Part shown: positions 1-13,402 of the stretch, piece by piece
How positions within the stretch are numbered: the first letter of the stretch is position 1
Layout of the letters: each line of letters starts with the position of its first letter
DNA from: Nymphaea colorata
Lineage: Eukaryota
Length of the DNA: 64,000 nt
Assembly (NCBI RefSeq): GCF_008831285.2
Contig: NC_045138.2
Location: 29,450,001 to 29,514,000, forward strand
Direction: 5' to 3'
Notes under the pieces: generated by a model
The model's database searches: none
Seen by the model: the letters and a program-made list of their open reading frames with translations, nothing else
Told to the model about the DNA's origin: nothing
Translations under genes and position numbers: made by a program

Positions 1-130
1 CCAGTCCCCCTCTTCTTGTACATAATTGGTTATAGTTTTTCCATATTGGTTCATTTTACCAATGGAAAAATTTTGTTTCAAAAACTGTTTATGCATCTAG
101 TAATTCAAACATTACCCAAGGATTTCTTAC

Positions 131-464
131 TCGTGTGCTGCTTTAAACAAGAACATAAATATGAATGCTGATGATAGAGGGATATTCATAAAGGCAACAA
201 ATGTTACAGCTGAGTAATATATCTGAAAATTAAAAAAGCCATTTATAGGATGTAAAAATATTGTCATATGGATGGCAGTACAGAATTTTACAACAATCAA
301 CAGTACTTTCAAGCATGGAATAGAGATAACTGCTAGAGCAGTAACAAACAAGCCACAACTACACAAAACATTTGCAAATGAAAGGAGGCAGTCTAAGATG
401 ATCATCAATCAGATGAATGACAACATGGTTCTCCAAACAAAGCACAGAAAAAACACAGGATAAA
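131..464 (-). pseudogene. Two exon-like fragments of an unidentified hydrophobic (membrane?) protein
   Basis: On the minus strand, a GT donor at 305-306 and an AG acceptor at 223-224 join ...ISIPCLK|IYYSAVTFVAFMNIPLSSAFIFMFLFKAAH in frame. Next donor at 129-130. An in-frame stop lies upstream near 410. Family not recognised. Confidence 0.35.
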
Positions 465-539
465 TGTGAAGGACCTTCAGCAGCCTATTATAGAATATTA
501 CTTCACTTTGGAAAAGAAAACCTCATGTAGCACGTGTAC

Positions 540-1011
540 CTTTTCAAACCTCTCAGGAATGATAGATATATCCCCCTTTTCCAGTGCACTAAGGCCCCAT
601 GACTACAAACCACTGCTTACCGACGAGTGGCTCTATGACCTATTATATACAGGTGCTCCATTTAATTTGACTAGACTGTTTTGCAAAAAACCAATTATGT
701 TATGATATATATAGAGAGAAAATTCCTAACCTCCCCACCACACTGTGATCTTGGTAGTCTTGATGTAGAAGATTCCTTCTTCACAGCAAGACCAGCCTCT
801 TCGAGATCTGCCCACAATTTGTTGAAAGCTTCAAACAGATCAAGTCCACTGAAATAACAAAGTAGGAGACTCAGGCATCCGTAAGATCAATTCCATCCTT
901 TTTAATGACATTAAGTATTGGGATGCCCAGTTTTCTTACAAGAACATAATCATTATGATCATGTACAGGGTTTATCTTTAGCAGTCCAGTTCCAAATTAT
1001 TTGTCAACATA
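540..1011 (-). pseudogene. Valyl-tRNA synthetase (organellar-type) fragment, 3 degenerate exons
   Basis: Exons ~893-1011 (YVDK*FGTGLLKINPVHDHNDYVLVRKLGIPILNVIKKDG), 731-848 (GLDLFEAFNKLWADLEEAGLAVKKESSTSRLPRSQCGGE) and 540-639 (VIEPLVGKQWFVVMGP/..ALEKGDISIIPERFEK) match consecutive ValRS motifs (FGTG..K..P.HD.ND; GLDRFEAR; VIEPL.S.QWFV). AG acceptors and two GT donors are visible. One premature stop and one frameshifting deletion. Confidence 0.85.
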
Positions 1012-1208
1012 CTGCCTCAGAGGATTTCAGCAAATTAATTTTTCATGTATATTAACCAATTTAAAGGCAAACTATCCTGCAAAAGTAGGATGTAGATGCA
1101 CAGGTAACAAACAGCTATATGATATGCAATAAGAGCAATAAATGCATATATCTACCTCAGAATCGTCCAATCCTTACTAAAAGAACAAAAACTAATTTGA
1201 AGGGGTAC

Positions 1209-1502
1209 CATTGAATCCCTTGACTGCCGCTTGGATGACATCCTTCGTGTGACGCTCATAAACGCTCAAGTTCGTGCAAGTCTCGTCGAACACGTGATCT
1301 GCACAGTCAGACCAAGAGCCCCGTTCAGCGTTTTTGCACTGTAAGAGGGAACCGCACAGAAGAGAAGAACCTGCAGGACGGGAGGGCAAAAGGAGTTTAC
1401 CCAAAGCGAAGGAGACGGACCGATCGATCGATCACTAAATAGTGAAATCGCGAATCGATGGATCGACGAGCGAGGGACGAGGTCGAACGAACTCTTCTCC
1501 AC
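1209..1502 (-). pseudogene. Kinesin motor-domain N-terminal fragment (kinesin-7/CENP-E-like)
   Basis: Exon 1209-1298 (AG at 1299-1300, GT at 1207-1208) spliced to the donor at 1399-1400 reads SVSFAL|DHVFDETCTNLSVYERHTKDVIQAAVKGFNG, the F.FDHVF...GFNG segment before the kinesin P-loop. The upstream exon is frameshifted and no P-loop exon follows. Confidence 0.75.
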
Positions 1503-4049
1503 TTCGCTACTCTGTCTCTCGACCTTTTAGATGCCCCCCCTTCCCTTCTAAGCAATGATCATAGCGATCGACCTGCATTGGTCTTGTGGGTCAAGATTTT
1601 TCTCAAGCCCTAATGAGAGAGCAGAAAAGCTGAAAGAGCGAGGGAGACGGAAGGAAACTTACCAGCGGAAGGATAAGGGATAGGAGCTCCTGCTCGTAAT
1701 TTGGAAGGATGAACTGCGGCAACCCACCGACGAAATCTGCATCCTCCTCCATCGTCGCGCCATCGAGGATCCAGCCTCCTCCCATCGAGAGAGAAGGAGA
1801 GGGTGCTTTCCTTCCCGGGAACTCGGCGGGAAAAAGAAAGCCCTCCTAACAGAATAGCCGTTGAGAGGTGTTTCTTGAACTTCTTGATTTATTGTGACCC
1901 CTTTTCATTCTAACTCTGAAAAAATTACAAATAGGCGCCACAGCCGCTCAACTTTTCAAACATCACAATGATAACCCCAACTTTTGCACGAAGTCTCAAA
2001 CAACCGCTTACTCATAAAAACAATTAAAATAGCAGAGAACATGATAAAAATGCCACTTATCATTTAAAAAAAAAAATTAACATAAAAAATGAGAAGGTGA
2101 TATTTTTTTTTTAATTTAATTTTTCATTTCGAATGTTGTATGATATTTCATGTCCATCAAACGTGCCCTCAAGTTATTGCTAGTAATCCTTGTTGGTTGA
2201 ATCAGTGTGTATCAACTGATTCCCTCCATTTTTTATTTTTAAATCAGTTTGAAATATTCTAAACTATTTTTTAATTCAAATAAATAGTTAGTTCCTATTG
2301 TATTTTATAACTTAAATAAGAAATTATATTTGATTTTGTGTATGATTTATAAACTTTGTTATATTAAATGAATTATTATATTCATTTAAATTTTAAAAAA
2401 ATAAATTTTAGAATATTTGGCAATTAGAGTCAGAAAAGCGAAGCCACCTACCCATCTTGTATATTGTTGAGACTTTATTGATTTGTAAATATATTTTAAA
2501 TTTTTATTTAACTATTTTTATTTTTTAATATTTTTAATCAATTCACAGCCAATCAATGGACCGGCGGCCTGGCCGGCCAATTTGGTGTACAAGGCGGCAG
2601 GAAGGAATAATAAGAGCTGTGTGACTCATCATTCATAAAACAAATTAAAGACGGTTGCACAAGGAATTTAATGAAAACAAATTACAATAGTAAATAGTAA
2701 ATGAATTGTGTTGAAGCTTTTACTTCGAAGCAAGGGGTTCAATATGACCACTGTTTGCATAGCAACTTTAGGTGAATGTCATTTTGTGAAAAGATCACAT
2801 TCTCGTTGTGAATTATTTCGTCTAATCTCGACATTCAACTCTAGAGATGGATGTATGTCGGTTCATGGAAAAAATGCATACACTCTTGAAGAGAAGAGAA
2901 GTTTATCATGAGCATTTTTTACATCAATTGAGACATTATAAAAGTTTTTTTTTTTTTTCTATTTCAAGTGTTACTGGAGCAAATCCGAATCCAAGTCCAG
3001 ATCTACTTAGCTGGTCCGCACCTAAACCACTCTTAGCGTTAACTTTAGGAGCGTCTGATGCTCCAACCTTAATCCGATAACAATCAACACAAACGAAATC
3101 CAATTACGGCTCCGACTACTTGAATTTGGGTTCAAGCTCAATCTGGATTACATATGAACCATTGATATCTCTAGACAAACGCTGAATAGCAATCAAAGTG
3201 ACCAGATAATCGTTATCTTCGTTCGTATCCATGTCGTTTTACATTGTCCAGTATTAATGTCTACCAAAAAGAAAGTAAGAAAGGAAAGGCAAGTTTATTC
3301 TAGTGTTTCGGTTATTGTCTAGAGATATCAATGTACCAAGACAGGACATAATCGGTTCGTGTCATGCAGAGTTCTTTTCTGCAAATGTACTAACCAAATT
3401 TGTCTTAATTAAGAGACTATTTAATAAGAATGCTACGCTTTTGTTGCGTGATTATGGATATTATTTTGTAACCCAACAATCAAAGCTTAGCTATAATCGT
3501 TATATATTTTCTGAAACAATAAGCCGTGTTCTTTTTTGACTCCGTGGGTCCGAGATGCAGACTCCGTTGAAGCACGCATGGAGACTGAGAATTTTTTGAC
3601 CGGATCGAATATGGGTCCGGCTGACCAGGTCAGGCTCGGGCAAAACTTCTTTGTCCCCTCTTCGGTCAAACTTGCTGCTCAACAGAGGACCCTAAAATTT
3701 TGACCACGTTCATGGCTAAGAGAGGAAAGAAGCCTCTGGTGAGAGTCAACCTCACCGAGTTCGAAGAATTCCAAGGCTATCCAATCTGAATTCCAAGGCT
3801 ATCCAATCTGCCTTTTTTAAAATTTAAATTTACATGTAAATTTTAAAATTTTTTACTTATTTTATATCAAAATTTTGAAAAAATAATATTTCGATCTTAA
3901 TCAAAATTTAAAAGCTTTAATTCGGCCCTCATAAACAATTTCTGGAACTGTCGATTCTCATTTCTGAAAAAATAAATATTTCGATCTTATAACATGGCTT
4001 CTCTTTTCCTTGGAACTGTCGATTCTCATTTTGATAATTATTTGGACCT

Positions 4050-5008
4050 CTTCCTCAATAATCTTGTTGCTGCCCATAATTGTTCTTCGGAACAAAGTTT
4101 GCAATGAGGGCTATAGAATCTACGGCTTCTTCATTTTCCTCAAGGTTAGACTTTTGCATAAAAGAAAAGACCCTGCAATACATTTAAAGTGATAGTTCCT
4201 TCCTAGTCTCAATACTGATTTTGGATGCAAGTACTCAGGCGGTAGCCATTTGAATATGTGATGGACCAAATCATCTTCGTCCACTGGTTTAAACGTAATA
4301 CGTAATGGCTAGCTGGTGTGCTAAACTCTTGGCTTTATGAATATTAGCATCCATGTTCATTGACCGCCTTTGGAGGTCTTGAAGCGGAGACTTTAATTTC
4401 ATGATCCTCGATCTACAATGGGGGCTGCATACAAGTTCTTTAAATATTTTCAAATTTCAGCAGCTGTATTTAATCCTACAAGTTGGGTATGGATGTTCTC
4501 TGAGACTGATGATTTAATCTAGCCCATTAAGAGCTGATCTTGATGCAGCCAATGCAAATAGTCTTGGTTTATAGCTTTGGTTTGAGGATCAAACTTCAGG
4601 CTTAGTGCCATCAATGAAGCTAAGGTCATAGGAGATTGATAGATGGGTAAAATGAGATTCACAAATCATGTAGTTTTCATTCTTAAGTTTGATACACAAA
4701 AGATGCTGCTGATTGTCTGGATGCATGAACCGTACCAGTATTTCGATTGCCTGCAGGAACTGAGCTGCCGAAGGGATTGGAGGATGAAGCCATGATCTTT
4801 GAAACAAAGGATGAAGATTTCTAAAAGATTGCCACGATTTAGGAACTAGAATGTTGAAGACGTCTGCTGACAATCTCCCTTGATCTCGAATGCCATAATA
4901 AAATTGAAGAGACACAGACTTTGCTAAAGTTCAGTCAGTGTGTTCTACATCTAAGAAGTTTTTCACTTTCATTATTTTTCTCTCGTCATCAAATCACACG
5001 CTATTACA
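4050..5008 (-). mobile_element. Degenerate Ty1/copia gag remnant with PBS-like site
   Basis: Minus-strand peptides IKLKNENYMI...YDLSFIDGTKP, DYLHWLHQDQLL and PVDEDDLVHH resemble copia gag (UBN2-type) motifs. Degenerate PBS TGGCATTCGAG near 4886-4896. Many stops. Boundaries approximate. Confidence 0.6.
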
Positions 5009-5394
5009 TAGGAAGTTTTAACACACTTTGCTAAAGAGCCTTTGCCATTAGATCCTCCATTTCTTTCTTTCCTTGAGCAGAATGTATGTTGAATCTTCTT
5101 GCATTTTCTTCTTCAATGTTATTTCCTTCAAATGCTTTGTTTCTCCTCTGAGTTGACGTGCTTTTTCTTCAATGGTATTATTTCTTTTGTCAGCCAGAGC
5201 ATCCTTTTTACCAAGTGGTGACTGCTGTCATAATTTATTTCAAGTGGTGGTTGCTGCTCAGCATCATTTTTGCCAAATGGTGGCTGTTGAACATGATTTA
5301 TGCCAAGTGGTGTCTGCTGCTTGTTAACAGGCCTATCATACCCAATAGAGTCAGAGGAGTAGAAGGGAAGAACAGAGCCATATTGCTGGCTATC

Positions 5395-5830
5395 TAAAAT
5401 AATCAGTCGTTCAACAACTGGCCTCTCCCCCCTTGAAGTTTCTCATAACGAAGAAAAGAACCAGTTGATCTTAATATATATATATATATATATTATTTCA
5501 TCGGAATCTTATAAGCACATTGTCCACCTTATTCGATGACGACCAATGCTTTATGAAATCCGCAGGCCTCATCATTCATCATGGATAACCTCCACATCTG
5601 TACAGAATTCAAATGGCACTCGCAGGTGCAAGAAATTTTCTTCTTTCACTGTGAGCAAATTACCCCAACGAGTCTGTAGAAAAGAGACAAACAGAAAGAT
5701 AGGGATAAAAGCAGCTACCATTATGGCTTCTTGCGAGATACAGATCGGTTCGATCTGCTATGAAGGATTTGGGGGTTGGAGGGATCACTACTGGCTGTGA
5801 CGAGAAGAATTTTTTAAATCCAAGCATCTA
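5395..5830 (-). mobile_element. LINE (L1-like) remnant, paralogous to 47280-47690
   Basis: Clear nucleotide similarity to 47280-47690, which adjoins sequence carrying L1 endonuclease motifs. Confidence 0.4.
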
Positions 5831-6899
5831 GCGTTATGTTTGCTGCAAATAGGAATCAGTGGAGACTCCAACTCCTTAACCTTTGCCCCCCTTTGTAATC
5901 GAAAACGGATTCCTCAGCAAATTTTAATCCTCTACCCTTCTCTCTGGTTGCCCCAATGACCCCTTAGCCTCCTTCACCTGCATCTGTGAACCCGTTATAC
6001 TCATCGACTTAGCCATCTTCTTAATCTTCGGCGACTGGATGCTTTTAACACTGTTCTCCTGTTTGCCCCTCTTGGCTTCTAAAGTCATTTCTCCTCCAGT
6101 ATGTCAACTTGATTGGCCTGAGAAATAGAAATATCCTCCATATTTGTTTGTTGAACTTTCTGTTTCACGCTCTCACTGGCCTTAGCGTCTCCACTCCCCT
6201 CCGTCTATTTGGGAACCTTAAGCAACGGGCATTTTTCTGGAGAGTGAAAGTTCACCTCACAGCATCTACAAAACCTCAGATGGTTATAAACCACCTGTGC
6301 TTGAACAAAACATCAAACCCCAATATCAACTTCCACTTCAGGCTTCAATTTAGCCTTCTATATATCAAGCCTATGTCTTATTCACTTTCATTTTTGAAAT
6401 TTTTATTAATTTGTACAAACTCATCAACGAGACTTCAGTTACCGTACAAGATTAAATTGTCTTTACATTGAGTTTTTAATTTATCGCACTTAGAAGATAC
6501 GTGCATGGCGTCGATCCTCATCGCTCCACCTGATCGACTGACCCCTTTTTTGCGTAAAATTTGTCGATATCAATACCGAATTCAAGCAATTCTCTAGTAC
6601 TTATTTTTTTAATATGTGTCATCCACATCGAATAATACATAGGCCGTACTTGCAGCTTTGCCGCTTGCCATGCGTCCCAAGACCTGCCAGATTGAAATAT
6701 ATAATGTGTGCAGCAACTAACTACCTAACTCTAGAATTTCTTTTTTCTTTTTTCTCTTGATAGTTGACACCAGCATTATTAATGTTGACTGTAGACTTCA
6801 CGTACCCAATTCTGGCAGGGGATGATATGTTCTTGGGCGTATAAAGTAAGAAAGGGTAATAGAATTGGTGAGGCCTCGATATCGATAGACTTTATGAGC

Positions 6900-7200
6900 G
6901 AAACGGCACAAGAAATTCAGTAAAATTTGACGTGGAGAGATGGAAAGAGAGCCGGCCATACTGGCTAGCTTGGAACTGCCAACGTTCTAATTCATGGATA
7001 GAGAAGGCATCAACAGGAACGACAGCAGCCACACCATCTGGGAGTAGCTGACATCAACCGGCAAGAATTCGGAAGTAACTCTCTCCTCTTTTTCTGGCAG
7101 ATGGTTTCGTTGAAGAATAGTTCATTACGGATTGAATAGTAACATCGAAGAGTATTCCATAACCGATTTTTCTTGCGGTGTGACTTTCTCTATCGTCCGC
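6900..7200 (+). repeat. Locally duplicated non-coding module (also ~15860-15960, 21520-21615, 38100-38280, 48620-48860, 53810-54040)
   Basis: Shared strings such as GGAACTGCC..CGTTCTAATTCATGG, GAGAAGG.ATCAACAGGAACG and ATTCGGA.GTAACTCTCT occur in varying subsets at these positions. Confidence 0.75.
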
Positions 7201-7789
7201 TGCCACAAGCATACACAAACCACAGACACGAACACCGGCATCGATAAAGGGGGTTTTCTCTCTTCCATCACGACAGCACATGCTTTGCTTCTACTCTTTC
7301 ACGAGGACGAGTTCGATAGAACCCGATACCTTCCACTTGGGTCACGCCCCACCACTTTCCTCTGCCTCCAGCCCGCTTTCACTAAATTAATCTCTCTGTT
7401 TCGGCGCAGCTCTTCGCTTCCGTCTCCTCTGCCTTTGCTGCTCCTGCCTCCTGCTACGCTTCTTTGTTTCTTTTCTTAACTATTTGTAGAAACTTAAGAG
7501 CAAACGGTGAATCTGATAGCACTTAACGTATATGATTTTTCCAGTAATGAATCTCAGTTTTCAAATTTGTCTAATTTATGAAGGATTTTTGTTTGGCGAT
7601 TTGAATCGCGCTTGACGAATGAGGAGATCAAAGCTTCACCAAACATCCCTCAATGTTTGTTTATTTTTACATTAGTATCTGCAAATATTTGCTTTGTCTT
7701 ATATGTGAGTGCCCCTTCATATGTGAAAATCTATGAATGGCTGCCCCCTCCAGAAAACTTTTCTAGCTCCGCCACTGCTTCCATGTAGC

Positions 7790-8500
7790 TGCATCGAACA
7801 AGGGACAGGCAGCCACACTAACAATGCATCGTCCAGACACAAATGGCGCGAAAGCAACTGGACCCATTAAGAAAAAATGGTGGTGTGGACTACTAAGACT
7901 TGGAGACGGAAAAAGATGAAAGTGAAGCAATTGGGGAAACATAGAGATGATGATGGGCTGGGCGAGAAGCGAGGCGCCATGATGGTTGTGAGTGTGCTGA
8001 TAGCAACGCTTACTTTACCAGGCCGCCCTCAACCCTCCCGGTGGCTTCTGGCAGGATGACAAATTTGAATCACCAGGCAACAGCACCGCTGCAGCACCCA
8101 TCGTACCGTCGGCCATTCTTTACGCACCCGCAGGCACTGCAATCAATAGCAAATCTGTTCTCTTTCAATGGTTTCTGATAGCTAACACGGTGGCGTTATT
8201 TGCATCTTTGGTCATCATTTTGCTCTTGACCAGCGCCATAACAGTTAGGCGGCGGCGTATGATGTGGGTGTTGATGGCTACTATGTGGATCTCTCTCTTC
8301 TCCGTAGCGTTTAGTTTCTTCTGTGGATAATGGTCATGCTGCGGGGAAATTTGACATGCCCAGCAGTCACATATATGGTTGCATTTTTGTTAGGCTTCTT
8401 TGCCCTGCTGGTGCTGTTGCACGCTTTGATTGGCTTGAAGGAGCTCTACCGCTGGTTGAAGCAGAAACTAAGATCGCACCGTCGAAACGTTGACTCTGTT
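7790..8500 (+). pseudogene. ANK-PGG copy A: orphan PGG/transmembrane exon, frameshifted
   Basis: LGEKRGAMMVVSVLIATL, then a +1 T at ~8015 breaks TYQAALNPPGGFWQDD. A 1-nt deletion relative to copy E lies at ~8327. No ankyrin exon was found upstream. Confidence 0.85.
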
Positions 8501-9668
8501 CTTCCTCTCTCTCCCTCTCTAATACAACAACTTCATTCCGATGGTGGCTTGGGCTATCTTATCGGCCAAGGCAAGTTGTTGAAGTCGACCGTGGAGCATT
8601 ATCTCCGAATCTATTGACCCTTGTCAAGATGAGGGAGATACCTCGACAAATCATCCTGCTGGAATTTGGAGTCCTGCAGCATGCTCTCTAGGTTTATTGG
8701 AAATATTTTGGAAACCTTCCTCTCTTACGTTATATTGTATTTTACGAAAGATTTCCGTTAGTCTGTATTGTCGTACAAGTATGAACTTGTGATCTGAGTG
8801 CCAAATATCATAATTGTGCATATGCTGTCTGTCGCAATTTGTGGTGACAACGGAAAAACCCTTAGCTAGCTATCAAATGGAGAGAGGTTAGAATACTGAA
8901 CCAAAAGCAGCATTCTAATTTGATCCTACCCAAGCCAGACATTTGAGAAAACAAGAACTGTTCTGTCCTTGTAGGTCTCATACCCTCATTTATTGGAATT
9001 CATACAGCTGAAGAAAACCTAATAAGTAACTCTTGTAAATCATTTTTATAATCTATTTACAGTAATCTTTAAACTGTAATTGAAATGAAAACGTCAGATT
9101 CTAGTTTTCCTTTGAATTTGACAGTTTGGAATTTGGATTCTAGAATTGAAAATAACGTGTTTGTAAAATAAGAATTAAAATTATAGAATTGATAAATTAA
9201 AACCAATCATGACATGTGCCGTAGGTTTAAGAGAATTCCAAAATTTTAGAATCATAATTCATAATTCCCAGCCCCTCGATAGAATCACAATTCTGAATTT
9301 TGATTTAGGAATGAGCATTTGATTCTGGAATCAAAATCATTTGTTTGATAAATACAATTTTCATTTCAACAAAAATGATAATTTTACTTTTAGAATTCCA
9401 CAATTCTGACCTCTACAAACACCCCCTTAGTGTAGAGGGTATTTTCATATCTTTCTTGAAAGGAAAATCTTTTCGTTCTTGTCCTTGAAGGGGTTGTTTC
9501 TTTTTCTATCATGAAGAGCATCTTCAATAATTTTATCATCAAACACCCTTCTTATACTATGGGCTCTTTCTCTCTCTCTCTCTCTTTCTCTTTCTTTGTA
9601 CATAGGGGACCTTTTGTCTCCAAATTTTGTTATATATTCTCATTTTATCGGCTCTTTCTTCCTCTCTT

Positions 9669-9897
<229 letters not shown>

Positions 9898-9984
9898 CTC
9901 TCCTTTCACCAGTTGCGTGAAAGCGTCCGATCCTTTAATTGAATTTTTAAAAACACGAAAAAAGGCCGTCGGGAATATATGGAC

Positions 9985-10960
9985 CAGATACATGGTTTTT
10001 AAATGAAAGAATTGTAAGGCTCCTGAACCTGATGGCTTTTGAATAGGGAAAACTTGTAAAACAAGATAACAAGCCTCACGTTGTCTTTATCCCAAAATTT
10101 TTTGGAATGAATGTCAATGATTATAGGCTAATCACACTTTGAAACCGCGTGTATAAATTTATTACCAAAGTCATCATCTTTGACAGGATGAAGACCATGC
10201 TAGCAAGGGTGATTGAGAGAGAACCGGCAAGAGGTTTTCTACCAGGCAGGTTGATCCAAGATTAACAACAGCTGGCATAGACACCAAGGATAGTCGGTTC
10301 TTTCTCAAGCATGGCATTGAGAAAGGCTGTGACAGAATTCATTGGATCTTTTTGAAGAAGGCACTTTGATATATTGATTTCCATCATCAATGAGTGGAAG
10401 GGCAATATTTTGATAGCTAAAGCAGCGTACATCAGGGTGACCGATGCCACCATTATTGTTTCTCGTGGCTATGGAAGTTTTATTCCAGGAGGCTGAAGTG
10501 GAATTAGTCAATAAGAGAATTAAAACCCCTAGAACTGTTGGTATTTGAAGCCCCTAGTCCTGTTATATGTTTTGCAGATCATGTAGTAATGCTTCGTGCA
10601 GCCAATATTTATTCTATCAGAAATATCAAGCGATCCTTGAATGGTTATGGAAGTAGAATGATTATGGAAGTAAAGCAGAAGTCGACAGTTGATTATAATT
10701 ATAGACTTGTTTAGTTATAAATGAACATGCATGTTATTATTGGGACTGAAAGCAAGAACAACAGACTCTACGTGGGCTGCTGTAGAAGGAAATACTTGAG
10801 GGGAAGAAATTTATTGACTTGCAAAAGGAATGAAAAACATTTATGGGCATGGAACGACATGCTGTGCGATTGGGAGGAGACGAGTCACGAAGTGTTATCG
10901 AATATTGGCGTCGTGAAGATTTGTAAACTTTGGAATGAGGATCCTCCACCAGCTCATTAT
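9985..10960 (+). mobile_element. LINE (L1-like) reverse transcriptase remnant
   Basis: Fragmentary CKAPEPDGF, FIPK, DYRLITL*NRVYKFITK and GFLPGRLIQD correspond to the L1 ORF2 motifs KAPGPDGF, LIPK, DYRPISL.N..YK and F..GR.I.D. Many stops. Confidence 0.7.
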
Positions 10961-12075
10961 CATAATTGAGGATATGGAGAGACCTTGTTTCAGCCAGGAC
11001 ATCACGGTAGTGTATGATTGGTCCTGTGGCTGGAGACGACAAATTGATATGGGGTGATGGGGAGGTTCTGAAGCCGAAATCAAGGACATCTATGCCATAA
11101 TCAGAGTGAAGGAGATAATTAAGCAAATTGGATATAAATGGGCATGGAGGAATTGCTTTTAAGAGCACTTATGTATATAAACAACTAAATACATAAAATT
11201 GTTAATGTGAAAACAAATAAACTTTGAAAGGCAGGTGTGAACAATACCATGTGGCTCTGCCATTGACATTAAATATCCTTCAACCCAATACTAATAATTT
11301 CTCTCAATGCCATCATCATAGTAGTATTCTTGAGAAGCAAATGGCCATTGCACGCCACTCTGACCGGCCAGTCAAATACATTCTTGACTACCTGCAACAG
11401 TAGGTTGGAATTGCTGGTATTCTTCATGGTTGGAGAAAGTATCAGGGACGATAAGCGGTGAAACCGTTCAACGACTTGGATTTAGCGTCAACTGGCAAGA
11501 TTTCGTAGGTAACTCTCTCACTTTTAGTTTAATTGATACTGGGCAGTATGTTCAAGCCTCAAACTCAAATTAATGAATTTGCTTTCGTTTTGTTGGTAAT
11601 CTTCCTCTATTAACAAAAAACAAATTATATATTAAATATATTATCTTTAGTCATGTGTAATTAGAAAACAGTTAATTCAATGGTTAGTAATTGTCAGCAT
11701 TTAATATTTTAAAGATAATCATTAAAAAATCATATAAACTAAAACAAGAAACATTTACCCTCGGAAATGCGAGGAAATATGTGGCGGGAGGGCATCTGAT
11801 GGGATTCGAGGGTTTTGTTTCCCTCTTATGCTTTTAATTTTTTTATGATATTGGGGCCGTCCATTTGAACAGGATCGATCGGCACTTAAATTGAAGGACT
11901 AATATATATATATAGTTTCAGTCACAGACAAGATTAAATTGTCTTTACATTGATTTTGTAATTATCTCACTAAGTTCGAACATGGATCGTAGTCAAGCTT
12001 GGACTGCCATATGAATCGAACAAGTGATGAGACAAAAACTTCAATTGACGTGCCGCCGCATTTTTACATTATTTT

Positions 12076-12375
12076 TAGGGGTGGGGGCAGGGCCGATCCA
12101 GTCCGGCAAGGGCTGGTCCAATCCTGCCCGTTGGGCCGAGTGGGCAGGCCTGGCCCAGCCCAGCCCAGCCCGCCCTCTGACTGCAGCAACGGTGACGGGG
12201 GAGAAGGGAGATGGGAGCAGAGAGGGAGAGGGGGAGCGGAGAGGGAGAGGGAAGCAGAAGGGGACGGAGGTAGAGTGGGAAAGAGGGAGTGGAGAGGGGA
12301 AGCGGGACAGGGGAGAGGAAGGGGGGCGGGAGTCGGGCCGGGCCGGGCCGGGGGTGGGCCCGACGCCAAGACCTA
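12076..12375. mobile_element. hAT-like MITE (300 bp, GC-rich)
   Basis: TAGGGGTG...GACCTA termini and a perfect 8-bp TSD ATTATTTT (12068-12075 and 12376-12383). GGCCC/GGGCC subterminal repeats. Confidence 0.75.
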
Positions 12376-13402
12376 ATTATTTTGCCCAGTAGCGGTGGCC
12401 CAGCTTCAATATTTGCTTTTTTTTTTAAGTATGTGTGCCTCTTACGGTACAAAAGTTATCGGAAAAGTGCCTTTCATCAATTTATTTTTTCTGGCTCCGC
12501 CGCAAACGGGCGGCTTTCTTCAGTTAAAAAAGATAAAGGACACAAGATGTCGGACGTTTTTGCCGTAGAAAGCTCGCCATCTGATTTTCGAGGTTGAGTT
12601 GTGCAGGTATAAATCAAAGGGAAAAAAAGGTTGGAGTATTTTAGATTTTTTTATAAAATAATTATTCATTTTAAACTTTTAATTTTTTTCATAGCTTTTT
12701 TATTCATATAAAATGTTTTCTTTTACTTTAATCAAGGGTATTTCGGTTATTATACACACGTGAACAACACAACCCGTTTTCCTGAATTTCTCCTTTCTTG
12801 CAATCTGTCACCGAATGCACTAATTATTCATATTATTATTTAAAATGGGAGCAATTTTTTTTTTAATATCCTTCTCTTTTTCATTTCTTTTTTGTTTATT
12901 GAGCACCTGAACAATTTAGTTGAATACCCAGAACATTAAATTTCTCTTGCTTTTCATGAAAAAAATTAAAAAAAAATCACATACAACTCCTAATTAAAAT
13001 AAAATCACGTATGCGGCACCGTTTGAGGAGATTGCAATATGGCCGCTATCTTTGGCCGATAATGCCAAGCGACTGAGTCTTAGTAACTTTTCCAGGAGGG
13101 ATCTCTTTGCTGAAGTTGGTAATGATATTAGGAAACTTTCCTGTTACTTTCTATTGGCTAGATCTATAGTTCTTTCTTAGTGCCCAGAGGTATCACTGAA
13201 TCGAGTTCACAGAGTCGTCTATCACTTTTTGCTAGAGCAAGCATACTGGTCCTAGAAATAATTCTGCTGAGATCTTCTTTTGCAAAAGCTGGATACTTTT
13301 ATTAATTACATTTGAAGTTGGATCGTGAAAAGCAGTGTTGGAAATCTGTGTGAACGTGCAAGTGGGTTGTCAATTACGAACTAAAGTGGTACGTTATATA
13401 TG

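Noticed and set aside
3767..4032. Short tandem duplications (22-bp GAATTCCAAGGCTATCCAATCT x2; TGGAACTGTCGATTCTCATTT x2)
   Set aside because: Ordinary slippage or repair filler with no further structure.
9060..9430. Tourist-like right end CAAACACCCCC-TTA with GAATT-rich interior
   Set aside because: No matching left TIR or TSD found, so it is left uncalled.
11249..11392. Minus-strand AG...GT bounded exon-like piece (..QEYYYDDGIERNY*YW..)
   Set aside because: Contains stops, has no recognisable family and no partner exons. Cannot be supported without a search.
11999..12597. Five overlapping GC-rich ORFs of 100-125 aa
   Set aside because: Artefact of a stop-poor GC-rich hAT-like MITE (12076-12375) with an 8-bp TSD.
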